From NCBI GenBank assembly GCA_964527775.1, contig CAZGQS010000009.1:3416-67415 (forward strand): DNA of 64,000 bases, written 5' to 3'. This document shows positions 34,933 to 45,036 of the stretch, piece after piece (position 1 is the first letter of the stretch; every line of letters starts with the position of its first letter). The notes under the pieces are model-generated. The model was not told the origin of the DNA. It did no database searches and saw nothing but the letters and a program-made list of their open reading frames with translations. This DNA is from an uncultured Rhizobium sp. Its GTDB lineage: Bacteria; Bacteroidota; Bacteroidia; NS11-12g; UBA955. Both the position numbers and the translations under genes were made by a program.

Positions 34933-37334
34933 AAATCTAAAATAATTCCAATGGTTGGGAGCACCGTTCCTGACGAATTTGGAAGAAACTCCGACTGATA
35001 GCTGCCTGGGTTGTTAGGGTCTTTAATTAAGTTACCCTGATTATCTTGGGCAGCTATTAGTGTTTCTGGGCCATAGAACTTCGTATTGAAGAAGTTTTGA
35101 ATGTCAAAATACAGATCTAAAGACCATTTTTTCTTGTACCAAACTTTATCTACACGAATGTCAAATTGATTGAAATTACTCAATCTTGCTGAGTTCAACC
35201 GATTATAATCAGGCAACGCAATTCCTCTGACATCCCAGTATTGAACTTGCATGCTTCGGGCGATATCATCTGGGGTGTAAGGTCTACCTGTCACAAAACG
35301 CCATTTAGCACCTATTTCCCAATTTTTCTTGAGTTTTTTGCCCGCTGTCAAACTCACCGTATGGCGAGAATCCCATGAACTCTCCACAAATTGTCCGCGC
35401 TTATCTTCAAACTGAGACCAAGCCAAAGTATAACTCGCTATTCCGTAAAGTCCGGTTCTTGATCTGCGCTGAATAAGAAATTCAGCACCGTATGCACGTC
35501 CCCTACCAAAAGAACTCACCGGCTCATTTCCCACCACGGCAAAATCAACGCCCAAATTAGCCAAACTGATGCTATCGTTCAAAGCAAATGGATAATTGGA
35601 ATAATGCTTGTAAAAACCTTCCACCGTAATCTTCGTTTCCTGCCCCTTGTTGTATTGGAATCCAGCAGCCACCATACGGTTTCTGATGTAATCAATGCGA
35701 TCGCGGTTCACCAAAGCATTGCCCACTCTGTAACCAATGATTGAATACGTTGGCAATTGATGAAACTGACCAATGTTTGCGTTAAAATAAATGTTCTTCG
35801 CAACCGGCACTGATGCAGATAAACTGACAGTTGGTTGACCCAATGGATTGCGGGTGTTCTTTCCGTAGTTCGCACCATCAAATCTAAGTCCACCAGAAAT
35901 CAAAATCCCCTTAAAATCTCCAGAAATTCTTCCAAATGCACTGTATTTAAATCCTTCGAGATTGCTCTCAAAATCTATCTTTTGAACCCCAAATGGTGTA
36001 ACAATATTTGCAATATTATCAATGCCGTATTGTGCATACTCGGAGCCACCGCCCACCATCCATTTCCAGCGACGGGTTTTTCCAGAATGTTCAACTCTGA
36101 GTTTGTTTTCCTCTTCGGTACTGACATAATTCAAGATGAGATTCTCAGGTCTGCTTTCATCGTTGTCTTTGTACTTGTTGGTTTCGTTGTACAACATGTT
36201 TCTTGACAAGAACACTTGTGTTTTGGTGCGTTTACCTAAATGCGTATAAACGGTACCAAAGGCATAATTCCATTGATTGTAATCAGGCAAATAACCTAAA
36301 ATGTACTTATTCGATTTCAACTGAAGACTGTCAGTAATACGGTCGTTTACCCCTGTGTTCAATCGAAAGAAATCAAAAGCACCGACTACGATTACAGCTA
36401 GTTTATCGCGCTTACCCAGATCTACATTAAGTTTACCTTGGTAATCAATAAAATTGGGTAAAAACGGCAGACCTAACAACGAAAACAACCCTTGAAGATA
36501 GCTTTGTCGAGCAGAAAAAATATAGGTTGCTTTTTTACCAATCGGACCATCAGCGGTAAGACCTAAATCAGAACTTCCCACCGTAAACCGGTATTTGCCT
36601 TTCTGTTTATTCCCTTCAATTTGCTGAAACTCCAACACCGAACTCAATCCGTTGCTGTAATTCAGGGGAAACGCCCCTGTGCTCAAGTTAACGCTCTTGA
36701 TAAAGTTCACGTTTAAAAGTCCCACAGGTCCGCCGGTGCTACCTTGAGTTTGAAAGTGATTGATTACGGGGATTTCAATTCCGTCGAGGTAAAATTTATT
36801 CTCTGAAGGAGCCCCACCCCTTATCACTACATCATTTCTGAAGCCTGGAATGCTGATTACCCCAGGCAAAGACTGAATGATTTTTGAGATATCTCTGTTA
36901 CCGCCTGGATTTCTTTCAATCTCGCGAATGGAAAGTTCTTGCGAAGACAAGGGCGATTCGGCGCTTCTTTTTTGGAGGGACGATTTTCTGATATTTACCT
37001 CGCCAATAGCATCAATGCTGGATTCGCGAACAAGTTCAATGGTGATGGGAATTTGTTTATCGAAAGTGAATAACTGCTCGTAACTGTTTGCTGATTTGTA
37101 ACCCGTTGCTTCGGCTGTTACCGAGTAAAACCCAGGCTCTTTGATAACAATGGTGAATTTACCCTCCTTATCTGAGGTGGCTAAATAATCGGTTTTGTAA
37201 ATGCTGAGTTTAGCCCCAGCTATAGGAATATTATCTTCTGAATTAACTACTAAACCTTTAATTTCTAGGCTTTGAGCCTGAACTCCTGTTGCAAAGAACC
37301 ATGTCAACAAGATTAAGAACACATACTTTTTCAT
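34929..37334 (-). CDS. TonB-dependent-receptor-like outer-membrane beta-barrel protein with an N-terminal carboxypeptidase-regulatory-like domain
   Basis: The signal peptide starts at MKKYVFLIL. GLVVNSEDNIPIAGAKLSI is CarbopepD_reg-like. The terminal F and the long beta-rich C-terminus fit a beta-barrel. The ORF extends to 37367. Confidence 0.6.
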   Translation of the reverse strand: MKKYVFLILLTWFFATGVQAQSLEIKGLVVNSEDNIPIAGAKLSIYKTDYLATSDKEGKFTIVIKEPGFYSVTAEATGYKSANSYEQLFTFDKQIPITIELVRESSIDAIGEVNIRKSSLQKRSAESPLSSQELSIREIERNPGGNRDISKIIQSLPGVISIPGFRNDVVIRGGAPSENKFYLDGIEIPVINHFQTQGSTGGPVGLLNVNFIKSVNLSTGAFPLNYSNGLSSVLEFQQIEGNKQKGKYRFTVGSSDLGLTADGPIGKKATYIFSARQSYLQGLFSLLGLPFLPNFIDYQGKLNVDLGKRDKLAVIVVGAFDFFRLNTGVNDRITDSLQLKSNKYILGYLPDYNQWNYAFGTVYTHLGKRTKTQVFLSRNMLYNETNKYKDNDESRPENLILNYVSTEEENKLRVEHSGKTRRWKWMVGGGSEYAQYGIDNIANIVTPFGVQKIDFESNLEGFKYSAFGRISGDFKGILISGGLRFDGANYGKNTRNPLGQPTVSLSASVPVAKNIYFNANIGQFHQLPTYSIIGYRVGNALVNRDRIDYIRNRMVAAGFQYNKGQETKITVEGFYKHYSNYPFALNDSISLANLGVDFAVVGNEPVSSFGRGRAYGAEFLIQRRSRTGLYGIASYTLAWSQFEDKRGQFVESSWDSRHTVSLTAGKKLKKNWEIGAKWRFVTGRPYTPDDIARSMQVQYWDVRGIALPDYNRLNSARLSNFNQFDIRVDKVWYKKKWSLDLYFDIQNFFNTKFYGPETLIAAQDNQGNLIKDPNNPGSYQSEFLPNSSGTVLPTIGIILDF

Positions 37335-37493
37335 CGAAACTTTTAACTCTATGACAGATAAACACACTGTTAAAGATTTTGTTTAATCTTTACCTTAAAA
37401 ATTTAACAAAATAAATTCCGACGAAAATGTAAAAAGAGGCTATCAGTCACTTTAAAGGCACGTCAAAAAAGCGTAACTTTGCATTTTTCAGTT

Positions 37494-40400
37494 ATGTTTG
37501 GAAATATATTAGGCGGTATCGCTAAGATTTTCGGTGGAAGTGCTCACGAAAAGGCCTTGAAAGAGGTTCAACCCGTGGTAGACGCCATCAATGAATACTA
37601 CAATTCTTATTCAACTTTAAGCAATGACGAACTTCGCGGTAAAACCACCGAGTTCAAAAATAGAATTGCTGAATATTTAAAAGACATTGACAGTCAACTG
37701 CTTGACGTTCAAAATCAGATCAAAGAACTGGGCAACGAAGCGATTGATCAGAAAGAACAACTTTTCAAGGAAGTAGCTGAATTGGAAAAAAGCAGAGATG
37801 CCAAATTGGAAGAAATATTAAAAGACCTTCTTCCTGAGGCCTTTGCCACCATCAAAGAAACGGCCCGCAGATTTTCTGAAAATGAAATTGTTTCTGCCGC
37901 AGCTACCCCTTTAGACCGTGAATTGGCTACCACCAAACCGCACATCCAAATCAGCGGTGATCAAGTTCAATACGCCAATGAATGGCTTGCAGCAGGTGGT
38001 AAAATCAAGTGGAACATGGTTCATTATGATGTTCAGTTGATTGGAGGTTATGCTCTGCACAGCGGAAACATTGCCGAAATGGGAACGGGTGAGGGAAAAA
38101 CCTTGGTTTCAACACTTCCTGCTTATTTGAACGCCCTTGGCGGACGCGGAGTGCACATGGTAACGGTCAATGATTACCTTGCTCGTCGTGACGCCGAGTG
38201 GAACATGCCCGTTTTTAATTTCTTGGGACTTACAGTCGATTGTTTGGAATACCACCGACCTAACAGCGAAGAGCGCCGCAAAGCCTACCAAGCTGATATC
38301 ACCTACGGTACCAACAACGAATTTGGTTTTGACTATTTGCGTGACAATATGGTGCATGAACCCAATGAATTGGTTCAAGGAAAACACCATTACGCCATCA
38401 TAGATGAGGTTGACTCGGTTTTAATTGACGATGCTAGAACACCGTTAATCATCAGCGGACCAACTCCTCGTGGTGATATTCAGCAATTTGATGTACTAAA
38501 ACCTCGCATTCATGCTTTGGTTGAAGCACAAAAGAAATATGCTACACAATGTCTTTCTGACGCTAAACGCCTACTTGCCGAAGGCAAAGATGGCCCGTTG
38601 GAAGGCGAAGGAGGATTGGCCTTGTTCAGAGCTCATAGAGCACTTCCGAAGAACCGAAATTTAATCAAGTTCTTGGGTGAATCTGGCATGAGAAGTTTGT
38701 TGATCAAAGTAGAAAACCACTATTTGGCCGACCAACAAAAAGAAATGCCGAAAGCAGATGCCCCCTTGTTTTTTACCATCGATGAAAAATCCAACTCGGT
38801 TGATTTGACCGATAAGGGTATCGAAATGATCACAACAGGCGGCGAAGACCCTCATTTCTTCGTTTTGCCCGATGTGGGTTCGGAAATGGCTGAAATTGAG
38901 CGCAGCTCAGCATCCCTCGAAGAAAAAACCCAAAGAAAAACTCGCTTAATGCTCGAGTTTTCAGAAAAGAGCGAACGCATCCACTCAGTTCATCAACTGT
39001 TGAAAGCGTACACCTTGTTTGAACGCGATGTTGAGTATATTTTGCAAGACAGCAAAGTAAAAATTGTTGATGAGCAAACCGGTCGTGTCATGGACGGACG
39101 CAGATACAGCGATGGTCTACACCAAGCTATTGAAGCGAAAGAAAATGTCAAAGTAGAGGCAGCGACTCAAACGTATGCTACTATTACTTTGCAGAACTAC
39201 TTCCGTATGTACCACAAACTTTCGGGTATGACAGGTACTGCTGAAACAGAAGCACAAGAACTTTGGGATATTTACAAATTAGGTGTGAAGGTAATTCCCA
39301 CCAATCGCCCAATTGCGCGTATTGACAGGGAAGATTTGGTTTACAAAACCAAGCGTGAAAAATACAACGCAGTAATTGATGAGATTGTAGCTATGACCGA
39401 ACAAAAACGTCCGGTTCTGGTGGGTACAACCTCTGTAGAGGTCAGCGAATTGCTTTCAAGGATGTTGAAACTCCGCGGTATCAAACACAACGTATTGAAT
39501 GCCAAACAGCACCAAAAAGAAGCTGAGGTAGTTGCTGATGCCGGATTGCCTGGGGCAGTTACCATTGCAACGAACATGGCAGGTCGTGGTACTGACATCA
39601 AAATCTCTGACGAAGTAAAAGCTGCAGGTGGATTGGCCATCATTGGTACTGAGCGACATGAAAGCAGACGCGTTGACAGACAGTTACGCGGTCGTGCGGG
39701 TCGTCAAGGAGATCCAGGTACCTCAAGGTTCTATGTATCGTTGGAAGACGATTTGATGCGCATTTTTGGCTCTGAAAAAGTAGCCAACTTCATGGATAAA
39801 TTCGGTTATAAAGAAGGAGATGTCATTGAACACTCTTGGATGACCAAAACCATTGAACGCAACCAGAAGCGTATGGAGCAAAACAACTTTGGGGTTCGTA
39901 AGCGTTTGTTGGAATACGATGACGTGATGAATCAGCAAAGAAGCAGCATCTATCGCATCAGAAGAAATGCCTTGTTTGGTGACAAATTGAGCATTGATTT
40001 GCGCAACATGTTGGAAAATTGGTCAGTAGAAACCATTTCTCAAGCCAAAAACAACAATTATAGCTTTGAAGAATTTGAAATGGAAGTCATTCGCACCCTT
40101 GCAATGGCACCTCCTTTTGATGAAGCGACCTACAACAGCAGCAAAGACGAGAAGTTGGTTGACCTTCTTTTCGATGGATTGACGGCGCAATATCAAGAAA
40201 AATCTCAACAACTTGCCGCCCAAGCATTCCCCGTATTTTCACAAATCAAAGAAACACAAGGCGATAGAATTGAAAATGTAGTAGTTCCAATGACCGATGG
40301 AATTCACAACTTCCAAGTAACAGTACCAATGCAAGCCGCATTGAGTTCTGGTTGTGAATCTATGGTTCGCGATTTTGAAAAGTCGGTTACTCTTCAATCC

Positions 40401-40805
40401 ATTGACGAGGAATGGAAAGAACATTTACGTGAACTTGACGACTTGAAACAAAGCACTTCAAACGCACAATACGAGCAAAAAGACCCACTTTTGATTTATA
40501 AAATTGAAAGTTTTGAATTGTACGGTCAAATGTTGCAAAGGTTGAACCAAAAAATTCTAGGACTACTTTTCAGAACCCGCATTTACACTGAGGGTGAAGT
40601 GAGTGAAGCTAGAAATACCCCCCGTCGTGAAAATCCAAAGGTAGTAGCATCTAAAGAAGAAACCACTTCAGGAACTTCGTCTGAGGCAGAACAACGCGCA
40701 GTTCCAACCCAAAACCCCATCAAAAATGAAATGAAGGTCGGACGCAACGACCCCTGTCCTTGCGGAAGTGGTAAGAAATTTAAACAATGTCACGGGAAGG
40801 AGTAA
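37494..40805 (+). CDS. secA: Preprotein translocase ATPase SecA
   Basis: MAEMGTGEGKTLV (Walker A), the DEVDSVLIDDARTPLIISG motif, and the C-terminal zinc finger CPCGSGKKFKQCHG. The start is chosen at MFGNILGGIAKIFGG. Confidence 0.95.
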   Translation: MFGNILGGIAKIFGGSAHEKALKEVQPVVDAINEYYNSYSTLSNDELRGKTTEFKNRIAEYLKDIDSQLLDVQNQIKELGNEAIDQKEQLFKEVAELEKSRDAKLEEILKDLLPEAFATIKETARRFSENEIVSAAATPLDRELATTKPHIQISGDQVQYANEWLAAGGKIKWNMVHYDVQLIGGYALHSGNIAEMGTGEGKTLVSTLPAYLNALGGRGVHMVTVNDYLARRDAEWNMPVFNFLGLTVDCLEYHRPNSEERRKAYQADITYGTNNEFGFDYLRDNMVHEPNELVQGKHHYAIIDEVDSVLIDDARTPLIISGPTPRGDIQQFDVLKPRIHALVEAQKKYATQCLSDAKRLLAEGKDGPLEGEGGLALFRAHRALPKNRNLIKFLGESGMRSLLIKVENHYLADQQKEMPKADAPLFFTIDEKSNSVDLTDKGIEMITTGGEDPHFFVLPDVGSEMAEIERSSASLEEKTQRKTRLMLEFSEKSERIHSVHQLLKAYTLFERDVEYILQDSKVKIVDEQTGRVMDGRRYSDGLHQAIEAKENVKVEAATQTYATITLQNYFRMYHKLSGMTGTAETEAQELWDIYKLGVKVIPTNRPIARIDREDLVYKTKREKYNAVIDEIVAMTEQKRPVLVGTTSVEVSELLSRMLKLRGIKHNVLNAKQHQKEAEVVADAGLPGAVTIATNMAGRGTDIKISDEVKAAGGLAIIGTERHESRRVDRQLRGRAGRQGDPGTSRFYVSLEDDLMRIFGSEKVANFMDKFGYKEGDVIEHSWMTKTIERNQKRMEQNNFGVRKRLLEYDDVMNQQRSSIYRIRRNALFGDKLSIDLRNMLENWSVETISQAKNNNYSFEEFEMEVIRTLAMAPPFDEATYNSSKDEKLVDLLFDGLTAQYQEKSQQLAAQAFPVFSQIKETQGDRIENVVVPMTDGIHNFQVTVPMQAALSSGCESMVRDFEKSVTLQSIDEEWKEHLRELDDLKQSTSNAQYEQKDPLLIYKIESFELYGQMLQRLNQKILGLLFRTRIYTEGEVSEARNTPRRENPKVVASKEETTSGTSSEAEQRAVPTQNPIKNEMKVGRNDPCPCGSGKKFKQCHGKE

Positions 40806-40993
40806 AACGCACTTTTAGTAAAGCCAAAGAACACGAAGATTATTATTGGGAAAACGGATTTTGCGTTTTCACTGAGCGTTTTTTAGCTAAAAAAAAGCAG
40901 TGTTGTGGCAGTGGATGCAGGCATTGTCCTTACCTACCCAAACATGGGGCTGGCAGCTTGACTTTAGACCCCGAAGTTCTCAAAAAGTTGTAA
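40787..40993 (+). CDS. Small Cys-rich hypothetical protein (possibly DUF5522-like)
   Basis: A CCGSGCRHCPY motif is present. The ORF overlaps the secA stop by 19 nt. Confidence 0.3.
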   Translation: MSREGVKRTFSKAKEHEDYYWENGFCVFTERFLAKKKQCCGSGCRHCPYLPKHGAGSLTLDPEVLKKL

Positions 40994-41035
40994 ACATTTA
41001 CCTTTTAAGGGCTTGGCATTTCGTAAATTTGCGGA

Positions 41036-42535
41036 GTGAATTCACCTATTCGTTCAGCACTTATTTCAGTTTTTTACAAAGACGGATTAGAGCCCATTGT
41101 GAAGGCTCTGCATCAACAAAACGTGACCCTTTATTCCACCGGTGGAACCAGAAAGTTCATTGAAGATCTTGGACTACCCTGCGTTGCCGTTGAAGACATC
41201 ACAGGTTATCCTAGCATTCTAGGTGGACGCGTAAAAACCCTCCACCCAAAAGTGTTTGGCGGAATTCTCGCTCGCAGAGAATTGCAATCTGATATGCAAG
41301 AAATAGCTCAGTACGAGATACCCTTGTACGATTTAGTCATTGTAGATTTATATCCCTTCGCACAAACTGTAGCTGACGGTGGCACAGAGCAAGAGATCAT
41401 TGAAAAAATTGACATTGGAGGTGTATCCTTGATTCGCGCAGCAGCAAAGAATCACGCCCATTGTTGCATCGTAGCAGATAAGAAAGAATATACACAATTT
41501 TTGTCAGATTTCCAAAATGGCCACGGCTCTTTAAGCCATGACCAACGCAAATCATATGCTGGTAAAGCATTTGCGGTTACGGCTCAATATGACGGACAAA
41601 TCGCTGATTGGTTTGCGGGACATACCACTACCCCCTTGCGCTACGGTGAAAATCCGCATCAAAAAGCCCATTTTACAGGTAATTTAGATGAGTTATTTGA
41701 TAAAATTCAAGGTAAAGAATTAAGCTACAATAATCTATTAGATGTTGATAGCGCAGTGAATTTATTGAATGAATTCAATGAATCTGAAGGTTCAACCTTT
41801 GTGATTATCAAACACAACAATGCTTGCGGAGTTGCCACAAGATCAACGGTTTTACAAAGTTGGACAGACGCTTTGGCTTGTGACCCCGTAAGTGCTTTTG
41901 GAGGCATTCTTGCGTGTAATCATGCCATTGATACTGAGACTGCGCAGCAAATCAATGGGTTGTTTTTTGAAGTATTGATTGCACCATCCTATTCAGATGA
42001 AGCCCTGCAACTGTTAAGCGCCAAAACCAATAGAATCATTCTCCGCTCTAAAGATCTTAAGCAGGTTCAACAAACTATATACAGAACCGCTTTGAATGGA
42101 ACTTTGGTACAGGAGCGCGACAATGCCACCGAAACACGCGCCAATATGACTATTGTCACAAACACAGCACCAACAGAACAAGAATATAAAGACCTTGAAT
42201 TTGCCGTGAAGCTGGTTAAGCAAACCAAAAGTAATACCATTGTTTTAACTAAGAATGGACAGTTGCTAGCTAGCGGAACAGGTCAGACCAGCCGTGTTGA
42301 TGCATTGGTTCAAGCCATTGACAAGGCAAATAAATTTGGCTTTGATTTAAAAGGTGCAGTAATGGCGAGCGACGCGTTTTTCCCCTTCCCAGATTGCGTG
42401 GAAATTGCCGACAAAGCAGGAATAACAGCCGTTATTCAACCCGGTGGATCAATCAAAGATCAAGAAAGCATCAATTACTGCAATGACCACAATATGGCCA
42501 TGGTCACTACAGGCATCAGACATTTTAAACATTAA
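41036..42535 (+). CDS. purH: Bifunctional AICAR transformylase / IMP cyclohydrolase
   Basis: ALISVFYKDGL, GGTRKFIE and the MGS-like plus AICARFT domains; 499 aa. Confidence 0.9.
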   Translation: MNSPIRSALISVFYKDGLEPIVKALHQQNVTLYSTGGTRKFIEDLGLPCVAVEDITGYPSILGGRVKTLHPKVFGGILARRELQSDMQEIAQYEIPLYDLVIVDLYPFAQTVADGGTEQEIIEKIDIGGVSLIRAAAKNHAHCCIVADKKEYTQFLSDFQNGHGSLSHDQRKSYAGKAFAVTAQYDGQIADWFAGHTTTPLRYGENPHQKAHFTGNLDELFDKIQGKELSYNNLLDVDSAVNLLNEFNESEGSTFVIIKHNNACGVATRSTVLQSWTDALACDPVSAFGGILACNHAIDTETAQQINGLFFEVLIAPSYSDEALQLLSAKTNRIILRSKDLKQVQQTIYRTALNGTLVQERDNATETRANMTIVTNTAPTEQEYKDLEFAVKLVKQTKSNTIVLTKNGQLLASGTGQTSRVDALVQAIDKANKFGFDLKGAVMASDAFFPFPDCVEIADKAGITAVIQPGGSIKDQESINYCNDHNMAMVTTGIRHFKH

Positions 42536-42574
42536 TCAACTTTGGCATAATTTTAGCAAAGTAGATTTACACTC

Positions 42575-43603
42575 ATGTATCAGATAGTTCGTTTCATTTT
42601 ATTCCTAATGTCCCCCGAGAGGGCGCACGATGTAGCCCTTAATTTGATGGAGGCTGCTTTTCGCATTCCTATTTTAAACAGTCTGATGCGCAGCTACGTC
42701 AAACCAGTGGGGAATAAACCCATTGAATTTGCGGGCATTACATTTCCAAATATCGTAGGACTCGCTGCTGGTTTTGATAAAGACGCTAAACATTTAAACC
42801 TTTGGAAGGACTTAGGTTTTGGACACGTTGAAGTGGGAACAGTAACTCCCGTTGGACAACCCGGAAATCCCAAACCCCGGTTGTTTCGTTTGGTTCAAGA
42901 CCAAGCCATCATCAACAGGATGGGCTTCAATAACCAAGGAATCGATTCAATGGTGGAACGCTTAAAAAAACGTCCCCAAGGAATCGTAGTAGGCGGAAAC
43001 ATTGGCAAGAACAAAGAAACTCCCAACGAATTTGCCGAAGACGATTACATCATTTGTTTTGAAAAAATTTACGACCACGTAGATTATGTCACAGTCAACG
43101 TTTCTAGTCCCAACACACCTGGACTAAGAGATTTACAAACGGAAGCTTTCTTAGTTCCTCTCTTTGAAAAACTCAATACCATCAGATCTCAACGTAGCAC
43201 TTTCAAACCCATTTTCATCAAAATTGCCCCTGACTTTCAGATGAGCGGTTTGAAAAAATTGGTAGCTGTCATTAAAAAGCTCAATGTTCAAGGTGTTATT
43301 GCTACCAATACCACGGTTTCAAGAGATGGATTGAACACCAATTCTGATGAACTCGAAAAAATTGGCGCTGGCGGATTGAGCGGATTGCCTTTATTTGAAG
43401 CCAGCAATGCCATTCTTGCTAGTTTGAGCATAGAACTTGGAAGTAAAATACCTCTAATTGGAGTTGGTGGAATATTCAACGGCGAAGACGCCACCGAAAA
43501 GCTCATGCGAGGTGCAAGCTTACTACAAGTATATACGGGCTTTATTTACGAAGGACCTAGAATTGTTCGCAATATCTTGAGAGACATTCAATACGAAAAT
43601 TAG
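42575..43603 (+). CDS. pyrD: Dihydroorotate dehydrogenase (quinone), class 2
   Basis: FPNIVGLAAGFDKDAKHL, the N-terminal membrane-association helix, and GGIFNGEDA. Confidence 0.9.
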   Translation: MYQIVRFILFLMSPERAHDVALNLMEAAFRIPILNSLMRSYVKPVGNKPIEFAGITFPNIVGLAAGFDKDAKHLNLWKDLGFGHVEVGTVTPVGQPGNPKPRLFRLVQDQAIINRMGFNNQGIDSMVERLKKRPQGIVVGGNIGKNKETPNEFAEDDYIICFEKIYDHVDYVTVNVSSPNTPGLRDLQTEAFLVPLFEKLNTIRSQRSTFKPIFIKIAPDFQMSGLKKLVAVIKKLNVQGVIATNTTVSRDGLNTNSDELEKIGAGGLSGLPLFEASNAILASLSIELGSKIPLIGVGGIFNGEDATEKLMRGASLLQVYTGFIYEGPRIVRNILRDIQYEN

Positions 43604-43605
43604 CC

Positions 43606-44358
43606 ATGAAACACTCGGGAATATTCTTTGTTTCCGTTGCGCTGCTATTATTCACTACAGCAGCTCAACCTAAACCTAAAACCTCCCGATTAGAAATCCC
43701 TCAGCGCGGGCCCAACGAAAAAATCATTCAACACACGGGCTACGCCACTTCTTACAATCATCAACACCACCAGCCCAATTGGGTGGCGTACGAACTTTTT
43801 AGTCAGCGTTTGGTCGCAGTAACTGAAAGAAACAGCCGTTTTACCCAAGACCCTATGGTAAAGCCCCCCACTTGCCTCAGCGCAGATTACACCAAATCGG
43901 GCTACGATCGCGGGCATCTTGTACCGGCTGCTGATATGCTTTGGGACGATGACGCCATGCGCGAAAGCTTTTATATGAGCAATATTTCACCACAAGTCCC
44001 TGGATTCAACAGAGGCATTTGGAAAGTTCTCGAAGAAAAAGTTCGTGACTGGGCTCGTTCAGGCTCACACTTATTCATTTGTACGGGTCCACTTTTGGGG
44101 GACACTTTGAAGCGACACATTGGCGTGCGCAACGCTGTCACCATTCCCGATTATTTCTTTAAAGCCATCATCGATACGGTAGGCGTTGACCGCGGAATAG
44201 CCTATATCATTCCAAATCAATCGAGCAAAGCATCGCTGTCAACTTTCGCCGTACCCATTGATTACCTCGAAGCCATTATCTCTCGTGACCTCTTCCCCGC
44301 CCTCGATGACGAGATTGAAATGAAAATTGAAAAAGTGATTGGGTTTAGGGAAAGGTGA
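43606..44358 (+). CDS. Secreted DNA/RNA non-specific endonuclease (NucA/EndoG-like His-Me finger)
   Basis: It has a signal peptide and the DRGHLVPAADM catalytic motif. Confidence 0.8.
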   Translation: MKHSGIFFVSVALLLFTTAAQPKPKTSRLEIPQRGPNEKIIQHTGYATSYNHQHHQPNWVAYELFSQRLVAVTERNSRFTQDPMVKPPTCLSADYTKSGYDRGHLVPAADMLWDDDAMRESFYMSNISPQVPGFNRGIWKVLEEKVRDWARSGSHLFICTGPLLGDTLKRHIGVRNAVTIPDYFFKAIIDTVGVDRGIAYIIPNQSSKASLSTFAVPIDYLEAIISRDLFPALDDEIEMKIEKVIGFRER

Positions 44359-44460
44359 GCAGACGACAGCGGTCAGCTATCAGCTACCAGCCGTCAGCCG
44401 TCAGCTGATAGCAGCAGCGAAGCTGCCCAGCCGCGCCGAAGGCGCTGAGTCCTAGCGCAG
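44343..44460. repeat. GC-rich repeat element related to the 20505-20780 block, in inverted orientation; it contains a 10-bp-stem hairpin between convergent genes
   Basis: Its reverse complement contains GGCTGGGCAGCTTCGCTGCTGCTATCAGCT, which is about 33 nt identical to 20622-20651. The hairpin is GCTATCAGCT-n17-AGCTGATAGC. The head gggtttaggg resembles gagtttaggg at 20509. Confidence 0.7.
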
Positions 44461-44468
44461 CGTGAGTC

Positions 44469-45014
44469 TTAAAGTCCCAATAACTCCGGACTCCCAGAAA
44501 CGTACCAATTGCCGTTCCATTCTATGAGTTCGAAACGCATGTTGTAGGAGACTTTTCGGCGTTTGAGCTTGAATTCAACACGCCAGATGGGTAAAATTCC
44601 TTGATTTTTGTATGAAATGTATTGGGTGGAATTGTATTCCATCTGTTTGTAAAAAAGTCCTTGTTTGGAGGCTTTTTTTCGAATTTGTTTGATTCCGTTG
44701 AGAAAGCGGTAACGATAATTCATGTACTGGCCGTGAACAATTACTTCGGGGGTGATGGTATCTACCATACGAACCATAATTAAAAAGTCAGACTCGGGCA
44801 TAAGGCCAAATCCGAGTGGCGACTTCTTATCGAAGCACCAAAGCATCAGACTATCAATGCTTTGAGAAATGGAATAAAATGCTCTAGTATTGGGGAGTGA
44901 TGAAGAATCTTTGGGATTTACAAATTTTGCCGACAAAGGCGTAATAAAAGACGCTAGAAAAACGACTAAAATCAACCAAACCTTCCGAACTTTGAACTGT
45001 ATGCGCTTTGGCAT
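44469..45014 (-). CDS. Hypothetical secreted protein (181 aa)
   Basis: Signal peptide [23 protein letters not shown]; no motifs. Confidence 0.35.
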   Translation of the reverse strand: MPKRIQFKVRKVWLILVVFLASFITPLSAKFVNPKDSSSLPNTRAFYSISQSIDSLMLWCFDKKSPLGFGLMPESDFLIMVRMVDTITPEVIVHGQYMNYRYRFLNGIKQIRKKASKQGLFYKQMEYNSTQYISYKNQGILPIWRVEFKLKRRKVSYNMRFELIEWNGNWYVSGSPELLGL

Positions 45015-45036
45015 ACCGCTAAACTACAACATTCCC

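Noticed and set aside
40787-40993. Programmed frameshift or extension of secA into the overlapping 68-aa ORF
   Set aside because: SecA already ends with its canonical zinc-finger tail (CPCGSGKKFKQCHG) before the stop. The small ORF is a separate, Cys-rich, low-confidence gene.
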